Counted from the first letter of the stretch, positions 36,461 to 49,695 are shown. The stretch is 64,000 nucleotides of DNA from Eledone cirrhosa (GCA_964016885.1 OZ024743.1:39432001-39496000); one strand, 5' to 3'. Made by a program: numbers and translations. Notes: generated from the sequence alone by a model not told the origin.

Positions 36461-36628
36461 TGTGGCTCTTTACTTTCTGAGTTCAAATCCCACCGAGTTT
36501 TTCTTTGTTTTTCATCTCTATGGGGTCGATAAATAAAGCCCCTGTAATGCAGTGGGTTCTACTTAATCTAATTTTCCCTATCCCTAAAACATTGCTGGTC
36601 TTGTGCCTAAAGTAGAAACAATTATTAC
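36461..36628 (+). mobile_element. tRNA-SINE, 5'-truncated
   Basis: B-box, core and tail CTTGTGCCTAAAGTAGAAACAATTATT. Confidence 0.82.
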
Positions 36629-36635
36629 CAATTAT

Positions 36636-36636
36636 A

Positions 36637-36672
<36 letters not shown>

Positions 36673-36741
36673 GTAGTAGTAGTAGTGATGTTGGTGGTGG
36701 TGGTGGTTGTGGTAGTGGAGGTAGTGGTGGTGGTGGTAGTG

Positions 36742-36810
<69 letters not shown>

Positions 36811-36846
36811 ATGGTGGTAGTAGTAGTAGTAGTATTAGTAGTAGTA
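36636..36846. repeat. (TAG)n/(TGG)n compound microsatellite
   Basis: Direct reading. Confidence 0.98.
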
Positions 36847-36854
36847 CCACCATC

Positions 36855-37420
36855 GTTACCATAATACTCGTGGCATACATTACTCACGCAATCAAAATGA
36901 TTATATTCCATTGAAAGAGAGCGAAATCATACATTAAAGTAGATTAATGCAAGACCAAATTCGATTTTCGTTGGCCTTTTTCTATAGAAACTCTAACTCG
37001 CATTCCGCCGGTGAACATTTCTGACGATGTCATATCCCCAATGGCCGCAAACGACCCAACCTCATTCATTTGTCAATACTGATTGACTTAAATCCTGATA
37101 ACATCAGATGTTTGGAACACACTTATAATATTCATCGTGTGTGTAGTAACACTTTATAGATACAATATAACTATTCGATTTTGACTCAATTTTATAAGCG
37201 TTCCCACGTTCTAAAATCTACCCATTCACACGTTCCTATATTCCCGTATTCCCCATTCCCACATTTTACCACTGTCGTTCGTTTAGAGATCCATTAAGGT
37301 TACGACGCTTCTGTCAACATAAACATTACAAAGTCTTCTTATTTCCGCATTTTTCTTCTTTTTATCAAAAACGACAGTTCTCAGATCATTCTTCTTAATA
37401 TTCCCTCTTCTCTTAAATCA
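36855..37420 (-). mobile_element. highly decayed RTE-like RT fragment
   Basis: EVGSFAAIGDMTSSE..MRVRV resembles the RTE motif ExVxSFxYLGDxISxxG; CVRxxMLYxxExW-like remnant downstream. Confidence 0.4.
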
Positions 37421-37469
37421 TTCGCATCAACAACACGATCATCACATTAGACATGGTCCTCACTACTGC

Positions 37470-37572
37470 CACCATTATCATCATTATTATCATCATCTTC
37501 ATCATCATCATCTTCATCATCATCATCATCATCGTCATCATCGTCATCATCATCATCTTCATCATCATCATA
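37470..37572. repeat. (CAT)n microsatellite
   Basis: Direct reading. Confidence 0.95.
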
Positions 37573-37909
37573 CCTTTTGTTAAAATCTACCACCAATGAC
37601 GCCATCATCATCAATTTTAGGAAGAATTACTACATTAACCATCATCATCGTCATTAATATCATAACCGCTTTCATCAGAAACTACCAGCACCCCCATTGG
37701 CAACATACCCTTCATCATCCCCACCGACACAATCATCAGCATCATCATCACTCTCATTAAAATGTACCGACGTCCTCATCATCTTTGTCTACACAGTCAT
37801 AGCTGCCAATTTCATCATTGCTCTCAACAATAACGTCATCACTTTCACTATAAACTACCATTACGTCATTCATCACCATTAGCATAAACTTCTTTTTCAT
37901 CATAATATA

Positions 37910-38040
37910 ATTTCACACCTAAAGGCTTGGATTGGCCCGGGAGTATTTTTACTGACACTTGTCCAAGATGATAGAATGAGGAATCGAACCCGTGGCCGAA
38001 TTAATACAAAGCAAACTTGGTTAACATTCAGGTGCACCTA
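37910..38040 (-). mobile_element. second tRNA-SINE family (CORE-like), diverged 5' part
   Basis: Minus strand GGTTCGATTCC B-box followed by CTTGGACAAGTGTC...CGGGCC..AAGCCTT. Confidence 0.6.
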
Positions 38041-38475
38041 ATATGAGTCATTAGTTTTCTCTGTTTCTGATGAGAAATTTTCGAACGAAGTTTTAAAAGA
38101 AGGGAACCGATCTTGCATTGTAAAACTGATAAACTAAAGAGTAACTATGATGATAATAATATTGAGGTTGATGACGACGATGAGGATGATACAGATGATC
38201 ATAATGACGACAATAAGATGAAGATGAAGATTTTGACAGTGGAAATTACAATGATGACAGTGGAAATGAAGATAATGACGATGAGTATGACCATGATGGT
38301 AATTACGAACATGACGTTCATATATTTACTGAAAATACTGTCAAGAAGATAAGATTGAAAATGTAAATAACATCTACACTGTTGACTGACACGAACATTG
38401 TAGAAATCTCTCTCTTTCTCTCTCTCTCTCCCTCTCTCCCTCTCTCTCTCTCTAATTATCTCTATCTCTCTCCCC

Positions 38476-38550
<75 letters not shown>

Positions 38551-38764
38551 AAAGAATAGAGGTGTAACACACGAGTTATGATATATTGGTAAACGAAAAG
38601 AAAATGCTGACAAATTGTTCCCAGTGAAAAATAGTTTAATTAGGAATAAGTGAAAATTACTAATAGTATTGGTTAGTATTCAGTTTCGGTTTTAAGTTTT
38701 ACCGGTTGCGCATTTCTAATGCTTTTCAAAAATAATTTTGAGATAGAGGGTCCGTGATGTTTGA

Positions 38765-38846
<82 letters not shown>

Positions 38847-38850
<4 letters not shown>

Positions 38851-38915
38851 TTATTCCGGGTTTAAACGGAGGTAACCACAGTAAGTAAGGTACTCAATAC
38901 ATAGCAGAGTATAAC
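38847..38915 (-). mobile_element. PLE pLTR 3' tip in (TA)n
   Basis: Shares GTATTGAGTAC with 53271-53281 (minus) and about 7274-7284; ends in a TA run. Confidence 0.4.
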
Positions 38916-38919
38916 AGTT

Positions 38920-39280
38920 GCCATATGTGAGAATTGAAGGAACAATGAGATCGAAATTCTCAAGACCTATGGACGAGTTTGCTCCAGCGGTCTCTGTCCC
39001 TCATTATCGCTGCCAAGTCCTGCGTCTCCAAAAGACCAGTGTCTACGCCTAAGGCATCAACATACGTTAACCTTTGTCTTCCTCTTCCAGTGTGTCCATG
39101 TAGGGGCTACCAGAGGAGCACTGCGTGAAATGTTAACTCTAGATGTCAGTGAGCATGTCCAGCTAACCTCAATCTCCTCTGTGTCACATTTGAGATGACT
39201 TTTGGGAGGCTCCCATACAGCTCTCAGTTTTTCTTCCTCAGTGTACAGTGATTAATGTTCAGAGCCATCTTCAGCATTCC
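38920..39280 (-). mobile_element. RTE-like LINE 3' fragment
   Basis: MLKMALNI..ELYGSLPKV..RRLRLAGH..LLW*PLHGH..RGR..TYVDAL..DTGL. Confidence 0.8.
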
Positions 39281-39334
<54 letters not shown>

Positions 39335-39338
<4 letters not shown>

Positions 39339-39670
39339 ATATTACATAAATGGAAACTATATTTATAAAACCATATTTATTCAATTATATATATTTCAAG
39401 GGTACCAACGTTTTGGTACGCTATCATCAGATAAAATACAAAATGTTTTATAAATAGTTGACACGACCAAGGATAAGATACCTTAACGGTTCAAGTTATT
39501 CCTGGATAACTTGAACCGTTAAGGTATAGTATCCTTGGTCATGTCAAATAATTATAAAACTTATTGTATTTTATATGATGATAGCGTACAAAAACTGTGG
39601 TACCTATGAAATATATATAATTGAATAAATATGGTTTTATAAATATAGTTTCAATTTTTTTAATATCATT
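39335..39670. repeat. fold-back palindrome, about 165-bp arms, with decayed hammerhead; right arm continues to (TA)n at about 39763
   Basis: Centre ATACCTTAACGGTTCAAGTTAT-tcctgg-ATAACTTGAACCGTTAAGGTAT. The left arm on the minus strand has CTGATGA-TAGCGTACC-AAAACGTT. Confidence 0.92.
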
Positions 39671-39761
39671 AAATATTTACTCCAGAAACCTGTCAAGTGC
39701 ATTGAATCAGTTATAAACATTTATATTTGTTGCATTTCCAACAAATAAAATATCCCTTCTA

Positions 39762-39830
<69 letters not shown>

Positions 39831-40040
39831 TTTCTGAATTTGTTTAGCAAGATTCTTTATCTGAAATCGTGTGTTGAAACCGATATTGTTATACTTTGGG
39901 AGGGTCATGTTACCAAAAGGAATCACACGCACCAGTTGTTTCACTTCAATTTAATTTAATATATATTTATAAATTTACAAATTTATAAATTTCTGGTTGG
40001 TTGGTTGGTTCCACAACCAGATAGTTGTTTATATATATAT

Positions 40041-40085
40041 AGTCATAGTTCTTTCGTCACACACTCTGTGACCTCTTCAGTGACT
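40041..40085 (-). ncRNA. type I hammerhead ribozyme in PLE pLTR
   Basis: AGTCA-CTGAAGA-G-GTCACA-gagtg-TGTGAC-GAAA-GAAC-TA^TGACT; perfect stems I and II. Confidence 0.85.
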
Positions 40086-40382
40086 GGGGATTTCTTTCTT
40101 CGTTTCTGTGCCTTTCCTTTCTTCTATCCTACGCCATTTTGTTTGTGTGTGGGTTGCGTGCTCAGTTTGCGCATGCGCCACATCCGGGTGTCTGTGTGTG
40201 TTTGTGTTCATTTTTCTATTTTTATATTTATATTTGTTTGTTTATTTATTTATTTATTGTTGGTTGGTTGTTTGTTCTATGTGTGTGTGTGTTTTCATTT
40301 TGTCTTGTGTGTGTTTTCATTTTGTGTGTGTTTTCAATTGTAAGTTGTTTGTTCTATGTGTGTGTGTGTTTTCATTTTGTCC

Positions 40383-40845
40383 TTAATTGTAAGTTGTGAT
40401 GTTGCTGTTCCACTCATATTTTCTATTTAATTTTGGTTTTAATTCTTTTATGCTTACTGCCTCTGTAATTTGCCTAAACATTGCGTCTTTCTTGTGTGTG
40501 GATTCTATTTTTATTTCTATGCTCTCTAATTTACCCCTGTGTTCTATCTTAGCATGTTGGTAGAGCACAGATGATTCTTTACTATCTTGGAGGTCTCGCC
40601 AGTGTTCATTTATTCGTTCCCCTATACTACCAGCTGTCTCACCTATGTACACTATATTTTTGTTTCTACATTGTCCTTCAGTACATCTTATGCTATATAC
40701 TACATTTCTAGTTTTACAGTTAATATGGGGGCTTATTTTACAGGTTATACATTTCTTATCTATACATGAGGGTCTTTGGAACGGGTATGTCTTGCTAATA
40801 AGTGTTTTTACGGAGGTACCAGGTCTTTCTACTATCTTAATTGCT
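40383..40845 (-). pseudogene. GIY-YIG endonuclease domain of PLE (open, but truncated at the N-terminus)
   Basis: Motifs as above. The N-terminal extension of the listed ORF comes from the adjoining hairpin. Confidence 0.85.
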
Positions 40846-40967
40846 CGACCAGAGGGAGTTATTAACAATATATTTAGAAACACACAGATACATGCGGACA
40901 CACACATATATACATGTATTTGTGTGTTTCTAAATATATTGTTAATAACTCCCTCTGGTCGAGCAAT
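40840..40967. repeat. hairpin with about 56-bp arms joining two divergent PLE ends
   Basis: ATTGCTCGACCAGAGGGAGTTATTAACAATATATTTAGAAACACAC...GTGTGTTTCTAAATATATTGTTAATAACTCCCTCTGGTCGAGCAAT. Confidence 0.93.
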
Positions 40968-41205
40968 CTTTGAAGTGGGGGGACAACTGGAAAGCTTCCA
41001 TTACTCATACTTCTCGCCTTCTTCACTACCTCTTCTGCGGCCTCGATATGAATACCCCCTCCGCCTCCGTGGTATTTTCTTCGTGGTTATAAGAGGCTTA
41101 GCTCTGTTTCTCGACCGTTATATCGCGTGACTATCTCCCCCTCCGCCTTTTGGGATTCTTTCTCACGTCGTGTAGACGCGTTCTTGAGACTAGTAAAATG
41201 AGGTA

Positions 41206-41293
41206 TCCTCTTGATAAGTCGGCAGACCTCGCAAGGACTCTATATCTTTGATATATTGTTTTTGTTTATGCCACGAAACTACGTAGTCGAGGA
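41206..41293 (+). ncRNA. decayed hammerhead in a pLTR-like segment (40968-41365)
   Basis: TCCTC-TTGATAA-GTCGGCA...TGCCAC-GAAA-CTACGTAG-TC^GAGGA; two transitions in the core, stems I and III perfect. Confidence 0.68.
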
Positions 41294-41362
41294 ATTTAGG
41301 AGCAGTTTAGGTATGATACATTTTATTACTAATTATATCTAAATGTTTCTTCTCTCTTCATA

Positions 41363-41498
<136 letters not shown>

Positions 41499-43807
41499 TG
41501 TGTGTGTATGTGATTGTCTTGTTTATTTTTTAACCATATTTTAATGCTTACGTGTCACTCCTATTCGGTCCTTGATATCTACCCAGCGTCTTGGGACTGT
41601 ATATGAATCTAACTAGAATAATGATACTGGCTTCTCAATGCAAAAGAAAAGAGAAGAACTGAGTAAAACAGAATGGACATTTCTGAGAGGGAAAAAGAGC
41701 TAAAAATGCGTATATATTGTGTATATCTTGTATATGTATTGAGATAGAGAGAAAAATGAAGTAGACAGAAAAATGAATATCTTTGACTTAGAGAAACGAA
41801 TATAGAATTTTTCCAGAGCTGGATTTGCTCACAATAATATGTTTCAATTGAAAGTAAAATATGCAACATCTAACATATGAGAAATTATCTCCTAATTCAC
41901 AATCTTAGTGTTGATAACAACGTGGATGTGACTAGTAGAAATTAATGACTAATCTGAGGCAATCCAGACATTGTCATCTTTGTTCAAATCCTCTGAAGAC
42001 AAAGAGTTGTATTCAGAGAATATTCACTTATACATTCAAAGTATATGCAAATTCCCCTTATATTTTATCAAATAGAAAATGGAACGGTACTGTAAAATTA
42101 TATATAATTTCAATTACATTTAATTATAGTCTTGATAGAAAGTTAGAAATAATTTTCTATTGAAGAACAGAAAATTAACCGTGAAACGTGTAAAGGTATA
42201 TATCATTTATCTAACTTATGTATGACACCTAATAGAGGATTTTAATAACGATAAATTATACAGCTCACTCCTAGTACTTTATTGCTCAGCTAAGCGGTGA
42301 CACCATTTCTCGATGGCTGCCTCGTCGTTCTTCCTCGCCTCGTGATCTCCCCGTGACTGCACGAGACCAACCACCGAAACTTCAATTAATACGAAGCATA
42401 ACGGCTACTACTAGTAGACCAATATGCTAATTAGCAACTATCATATGCCTTTACTAGATTTTGTCTAAATCTCTGACAACTGTCACAAGATTTGACAAAC
42501 TTATCCACAGAGTAAGCCAACCTACGCCACCAAACACAGAGTCACGCCTTTTTAATCGCTGGATGCCCATGTGCGTGTCCTGCATACTGAGGCTCTATAA
42601 AGTGCCAGAATAAAAGGACGATTTTTATGATATATCAAGCCATTTTCACTGGTAAGAAACTCCTTCTGTTTAACGAACGCTCGTTCCAGATTCGAGACCG
42701 TTATCCAATTCTGTCATAAAATCCTTTCCTTTATTTTTATGTATAATGCATTCGCATCTACTTGTGTTCGGATGCTTTCAATCATTACCGGATCGATGTC
42801 CTGCCAGGCACTGACACATTCGTCCAGATGCGAAGCAAATACAATTATTTAGCCGTCGTTGTCCTCACTATACCTCAAAAGTGAGAGGGTGTCGACCTGC
42901 GGAAGGCTTTTACCCGGGATGAGCTTTACAAGAAAATCGTACTGTGATACAATCAAGCTCCATCTAGTTACTTTCTGTTAAGCTCGACGAGGTAGAACCC
43001 AATCCTCCATGAAGAGTATTTTTAATGGCTGGTGAACCGTTTCCAAACAGAGTTGCTTTCCCAGAAGGAAATCCCGTAGTGTGTCCACGCACCATACTAC
43101 TACATAAGCCTCTCTCTGTATGTTCGACCAATCCCGTTGTTAGTGGGGAAAGGTGTGGCTTATGAAAGCTAGTGGTTGTCTCTTCTGGAATAACACTTCA
43201 GCTACTACAATTAAGGATGCATCTACAGTGAGGGTGTGCAAAACCGGAGCTTCCGAAAGACGAGTGATACGTATTTTGAAGGCCTTATCTTGCGCTTTAC
43301 CCCACTTGAACACTTTAGATCTAGCTGCTAAGGTTGGTCCTATCATTTTAGCATATGTCTTGATAAATCTTCTATACTAGTTTGTTAGACTTAATATTTT
43401 ATTAATATCCTTCTTCGATGTTGGTACCTGCATCCTTTAGTTTTGCCACCAATTCATGAGATGGAGAAATTCCTTCTTCAGATATATTCATTCCCAGGAA
43501 AGTCAAATTTCTTCTTGTGGAGCATGACTTGTCCTTCTTTATAGAGAATGGTGCCTTGTTTAGCCTTGCAACTATCTCATTTTCTCTGTTCGTTAGCTTT
43601 GCTTTGCTATTAGCATAGATGAGGATATATTCTTGGTATACGCTGACTCCTTCGTTCCCATTTAGTAGGGCTCCGTAGAGCTTTGAAACATACCACTTGA
43701 ATTGTAAGGCCCATTTGAAATATATTAACCAGGTACAATCTATTGGTTGTATTGAGACCTCAAATGTGCCTTGCGTCCTCTGCCATAGGTATTTGCCAAT
43801 ATGCATG

Positions 43808-44278
43808 TTTGGTTGAAGATGTTAGTGACCAATGTGTTAGAGAATAGTATATTTAGAGAGTTGTAATGTTGCCACGAGGAACCAGGTTTGGTAGAAAGAT
43901 ATGATAGGAATATCGACAACGACTTTAGCTTGTTTTTACATTATTTATTAACAGAGGTTGAGCTGGGATGCCAAGAGAAATAAAACAAATCAATTAAGAT
44001 TACAAGAGAAAATACGGTCGACTGGCTGAGGCGTTTAGCCAATTCCGTAGTAAAATTGTTGTGTCGTTACATATTGTTTGTGCTGGCGGAGCAAAAGAAC
44101 AAGTGGTGTTTACCTTAGCACGGTCTAACTGGAAGTGATAGCGTCCTCAAATCTTTGCGGGCTATTTCTCCCTCAGAACGCGTAGGGATACATCCTCTTC
44201 TACTGGCGCTGATTGGCTGAGCTGAGCCAAATCACGCACAGAGAATGTATGTGAGCCCGCGGAATGTAGGTCACTACA
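43808..44278 (-). mobile_element. nested insertion, probable solo LTR, CATG target duplication
   Basis: CATG at 43804-43807 and 44279-44282; removing the insert restores RT motif DLKHAYWQIP; starts TGTAGTGACC on the minus strand. Confidence 0.75.
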
Positions 44279-45500
44279 CATGCTTTAGATCAGGTTTTGA
44301 GAAAAAATGTGCACCTGGCATACCGGAGGAAATAGTATTGGTTGCCGGTATGGGGAAAGAATATGTCTCAATACGCGCATTTAATTGATCCTTGTAATCA
44401 TCAAACATACGGAGAGATCGATCTTTCTTTCTCATCCAGACCACAGGCGAGGCATATCTGACTCCAGCGTAATCTGACAGTGTGATGATGCCAATCATTT
44501 CCAACCTCTGTAACTCCTCTTTTACTTCATATTCTAAATGAACTGGAACGGGTTTCGGTGAACTTATCCTCCTATAACACTCATCAGAGCAGTTAACACG
44601 ATCCACAAAACGTTTAACATCCAGGAACACGATGATGTTTAAGTTAAAACAAAATGAACAGTTTTTAATAATATCTATTCCAGTTAGTCCGAAGTTGTAG
44701 GGGATGTCTACTACTATGAAGCCACGAGATTCGTCGGTGTCGTTCAATTTACATCTTACTCGGACCGATCCAATCACCATTATATCTGAACCATCAAAAG
44801 TGGTTAAGCGTTTGTGACATGGTTCGATTGGAATATTGTGCTGTGACGCGAATGAAACTGGGATTATTGAACAAAACTGCACCCGTATCTATTTTTATAT
44901 CAACGCACTGGTGCTTATAAAACACAGAAACCCGTATTGTCTACGCGGTTGTTGTTTATGTTTAGCATAAAACTGTCGACGGAAGCAGCCTCGTTCGAAA
45001 TCTTGTTTATGCTGTTTACTTTACGATCGTATTTTGATAGACATAATATTGCACAATTCCCTCATTTTCCGCATTTATTACAACTTTTTTCCGAACGCTG
45101 GAGACGTAGACGGTTTGTATGCACACTTCTACATTTTGCTATATTGTCATTGTCCTGACTGCTGCTAGGAATACTTTTTATTTTGTTTAAGATTCTATAG
45201 TGGATGCGAGAGTGGCTATTTCAGTGTATTTCAGCTTAGAATTACATCGTAATGTATCAAAAAATTTCAATTTTACCTTTGTCGATGATAATCCCGCAAC
45301 AAAATGAGTTTCATAATTACTTCGTCTGGATCCTCTTTCATCCTATTCAAATAACAATAGGAAGCTCGAGAGTTAATCCTAAGAAGAAAATCGTTGATTG
45401 ACTCGCTGTCGAGTTGTTTTAACTCCAATAACTTGTGTCTGTCTGCAAATAATAGTCTCACCTTCGGCTTTATTCGTTGATGTAACGTGTCCATTATTTG

Positions 45501-45695
45501 CGGGTGGTGGACTGGCGGTATCGGTAGAGTGTCTGACGCCATGCTTTGCAGCGAAGACTTACGGCCCATTATGATCTGAGTTCAAATCCCGTCGAGGTTA
45601 ACTCTGCCTTTCATCCTTACGGGGTCAATAAAATAAAGTACCAGTAATATACACTGGAATAATTGCTGGCCTTGTGCCAAAAGTAGAAACAATAA
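45501..45695 (+). mobile_element. tRNA-SINE inserted in Gypsy gag
   Basis: Full head, core and tail; preceded by ATTATTT. Confidence 0.88.
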
Positions 45696-45898
45696 ATTGC
45701 TGGTATGTTGCATCCTGAAGACATATCGGTAAAAAGGACATCCTTCATCTTCATAATAGCCACGAATCCACAGATAGATTGAAACGCCCCTTTCCTTTTG
45801 ACATCTTCAACGTCAGCGCATAAACATTTTGTGTCAAACGGTATCATCCAGGCATTGGCTTCTTCCAAGTCGTTAAGGTTCAAATGTTTTCCATAACT

Positions 45899-45912
45899 CA
45901 TCCTCATCGCCA
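45899..45912 (-). promoter_or_regulatory. primer-binding site, probably tRNA-Ser(GCU)
   Basis: TGGCGATGAGGATG lies 2 nt after the 5' LTR end (..TATCA); one mismatch to the TGGCGACGAGGATG type as recalled. Confidence 0.7.
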
Positions 45913-46704
45913 TTTGATAAGTATGACATGTAATAGAGGGTTTTGATGAAAGCTTTTATTAATGGTAAATTACACAGTTCGTTCCTTGTGCTCTTTTGCT
46001 CTGCTAAAAGGTGACGCCCTCTCTTGATAGCTGCCTCGTCGTTCTTCCTCGCCTCGTTATCTCCCCGTGACTACACGAGATTTACCTCTGAGAGTTCCCT
46101 TAATGCGAAGCACAACGGCTACGACTAGCAGACCAAGATGCTAATTAGCAACTATCACACTTTATATAACAGATTGCTTTTCTTGCCTTACATTTTCAGA
46201 GCGACACATGCAGAGTAATGTTAATGTTACGTTCAATTTATCTAGTTCTACGCTGTGCTGTGCATGAATGATCAATATACATTTAATTAAACCACTGGTG
46301 TATAAACATTATACACAATAGCATGACTATTTCTGTTAAGGGATTGTGTGATATTGATATAAATAGCATTTGGCTATAATTATTTTTTGTGGACAGAAAC
46401 ACATGAGCCCGTGTCCTTTGAAGAACGATCAATTAGCCAAATAATTACGGTGATAGAATAAACATATATCATATCATAGAAAATGTGAATTGGATCCATG
46501 ATCTTGGTGGTACTATTACATACGACCAGAACTACTCGATATTCATTTATTTCCTTTAATCCTTTATTATCAATAAACTGTGTCTACTCTATGTTATACG
46601 CTTGAAGAGATCTATTCTATCATATTAATAACCACCAGAATGCTTTTTATTAAAATCTGCTACAAATTTCATCTATCCGTGGTTTTGATAAATTACTTTA
46701 TGTA

Positions 46705-47250
<546 letters not shown>

Positions 47251-47305
47251 CAAGTAAATACCGTACTAAGAGTTAGAAATGAAATTTCGTTTCATTTATT
47301 CCATT

Positions 47306-47381
<76 letters not shown>

Positions 47382-47475
47382 TGTATCTACTATGTTTGTA
47401 CGTGTGTGTGTGACAGTGGGTGCGCGTATGTACGTACACACACACACGCACACATATATATTAAACTTTAATCTG

Positions 47476-47579
<104 letters not shown>

Positions 47580-47619
47580 AGAAGCAAAAAAGTGTTACAG
47601 TTGATGTATGCTAAACCAC

Positions 47620-49398
47620 CCACTATCCATAATTATATCCATTCCACGCAGCATATCCCTTAGGATCTCCCGCCTCTCGTCTAACCGACAAATCTTCGAA
47701 GAACATGCATAATACTGCAATATCGCATAGACAAGGCAGGCCACTTAGATGGAGTAGAATATATAGATGAAAGCCTCCGTGAAGCGCACACGTACACGCA
47801 TAACACAAACTCCGGTAACACACGCACAAAAGCACTTAGATATAGAACTGCAAAATATACGGCATATAGAAATACAACATCGAAATCAAACAAGTCACGC
47901 AGTAGAAAATATATTTGGTATAACCCCATATGTAACACCTCTATTAGTACTAACCTACCCTCTACCTTCTTTAGAATAATAAATAAGCACTTTCTAGATT
48001 CACATAGATACAGCAAAATCCTTAACACTAAATCTATTAGACAATCTTACTCCACGACACCAAATATAGAGGCACACATTAAGATGCTTAACGCTAAAAA
48101 GATATATAACAACACCAAAACACAAATTTACAACAATAACAATACAATCCCCACCGAACACCACAGAATATCTAATACACAACCACCTGCTAATAGGCAA
48201 ACAAAACATAACACACTTGTACAGGCATCGCAGCCCTCCAATAATGCCAAAGTTGCCCATGACAAGAATTGTAACTGCCACCTACCTGAAACATGTCTAT
48301 TACATAATGAATGTATGCAGTCTAACCTGGTGGAATCAGACAACCAGAAATGGTATTACATCGGAGCGACTGGGAATACATTTAAATACACACCTTTACG
48401 CAATGAAACATTCCCAGCATCGTTATGTAACTACCCTTGCAAACAAGACCTGGCAACTGAGGGAAAGTACCCATCAATACACCCTGAAGTGGAAACAATT
48501 ATCGAACGCGCCCCCATATCGGAGTGGTATGAGAAGCTGTCGATTATGTGACCTTGAGCTGTTCCACATCTTGTATCGAAGAATAAGTTACTCAACAATA
48601 AAATCGAAAGACCAATTTATTGTAACCATAGACTCAAAGAGAAGATTTCGCACTACAAATCGAACCCTTAACCTCTTACTACCAACTGACAAACTGCATA
48701 TACTTAGACTTTATACCCTCTTGTTGTATCTAAACCCTGTTAATTACCTACAAAATCAATACCTATATCCCCCTCTTCTCCCTCATTCCTCTTCTATTTC
48801 TTCGTTTTCTTCCTTCCATCCCCCCCCCCCCCCCCTTCTTGGCTCTCTTTTCTTTTCTTCTTTCTCACACCCTTCTTTGCTTTTAATTTTGTCATTATTA
48901 TCTTTATCTTTATTTCTATATATATATGTATATATTTATCTATTTATATCTCCCCCCTTTCTCTATCCCTCTCTATCCATCCCTCCCACTATGATCAATT
49001 TAATTCTCTTTAACTCACTACATTCCACGACATGAAGTCTGCTTTCCAAACTAACCAAGGAATGCTCCCACCTCTACCCTTCCCTCGATCTCAGTTTGTC
49101 ACTCTACTTCCTCCCTCTTCCCCCTTCCTCTCTCTCTATACTATTCCGTTTGACCCCTCACCTTCTGATTCCTCTCTCTCTATACTAGTAAATACAATTC
49201 CAAATAAATGTTTGTCTCTATATATTAAGAATTTTTTCAAGAGTAACTTACTCACTATTTTGAAAATTTGGACTGTGAACAACAATTATAATTGAGTGGC
49301 TGCTATTTGCAGTATAGCAATATAAGGTTGCACTTACCAATGAAACGGTCGTAAATACCTGGATAAAATCCTTCTCTTAATGCTTACCTGTGTTTTCT

Positions 49399-49400
<2 letters not shown>
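47620..49400 (+). mobile_element. Penelope-like element, decayed, different clade
   Basis: CNCHLPETCLL..C, WYYIGATGNTFK, TTLA..WQL, LKW..APPY.SG.RSCRLCDLE; decayed hammerhead-like GAAACGGTC-GTAAATA near 49343; ends in (TA)n. Confidence 0.85.
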
Positions 49401-49460
<60 letters not shown>

Positions 49461-49560
49461 ACGAATGAAATGTGTCAAGGAACCAGGTGGACCATAACTA
49501 GTTCAGATCTAGCTGTCGAAACGGGCGGAGCTCACCCGTCGTCGTCCTGACTCTTTTCCT
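49461..49560. mobile_element. PLE-derived mini element: inverted pLTR tip plus half hammerhead, between TA runs
   Basis: AAGGAACCAG(G/A)TGGACCATAAC and TAGC(T/C)GTCGAAACGG..CCGTC..TTTTCCT are shared with 53228-53417. Confidence 0.72.
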
Positions 49561-49621
49561 ATATATATATATATAGGTATACACACACACGAACACACAC
49601 ACACACACACACACACATACA

Positions 49622-49695
<74 letters not shown>

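Larger units (their letters stand above)
39829..40845 (-). mobile_element. Penelope-like element 3' end (GIY-YIG plus pLTR), 5'-truncated
   Basis: ORF 40383-40907 has VVYSIRC..C..YIGET..RINEH..H..EA..I..LN; hammerhead downstream; ends in (TA)n. Confidence 0.92.
42214..46159 (-). mobile_element. Gypsy LTR retrotransposon, decayed
   Basis: LTRs at about 42214-42445 and 45915-46159. Gag pieces with CNKCGK*GNCAILC knuckle, protease DTGA near 44885, RT (ASPVVWMRKKD, DLKHAYWQIP) and RNase H (VDAS), in Gypsy order. Confidence 0.9.

Noticed and set aside
37019-37056. CTGACGA-stem-GCAAAC hammerhead-like string
   Set aside because: No GAAA, stem III or stem I, and it lies in an RTE relic.
38062-38095. 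CTGATGA-GAAATTTTC-GAAC
   Set aside because: Incomplete core and no cleavage triplet or stem I.
41600-42200. possible L1-type zinc-finger relic (CHLCSNP)
   Set aside because: Too decayed to support.
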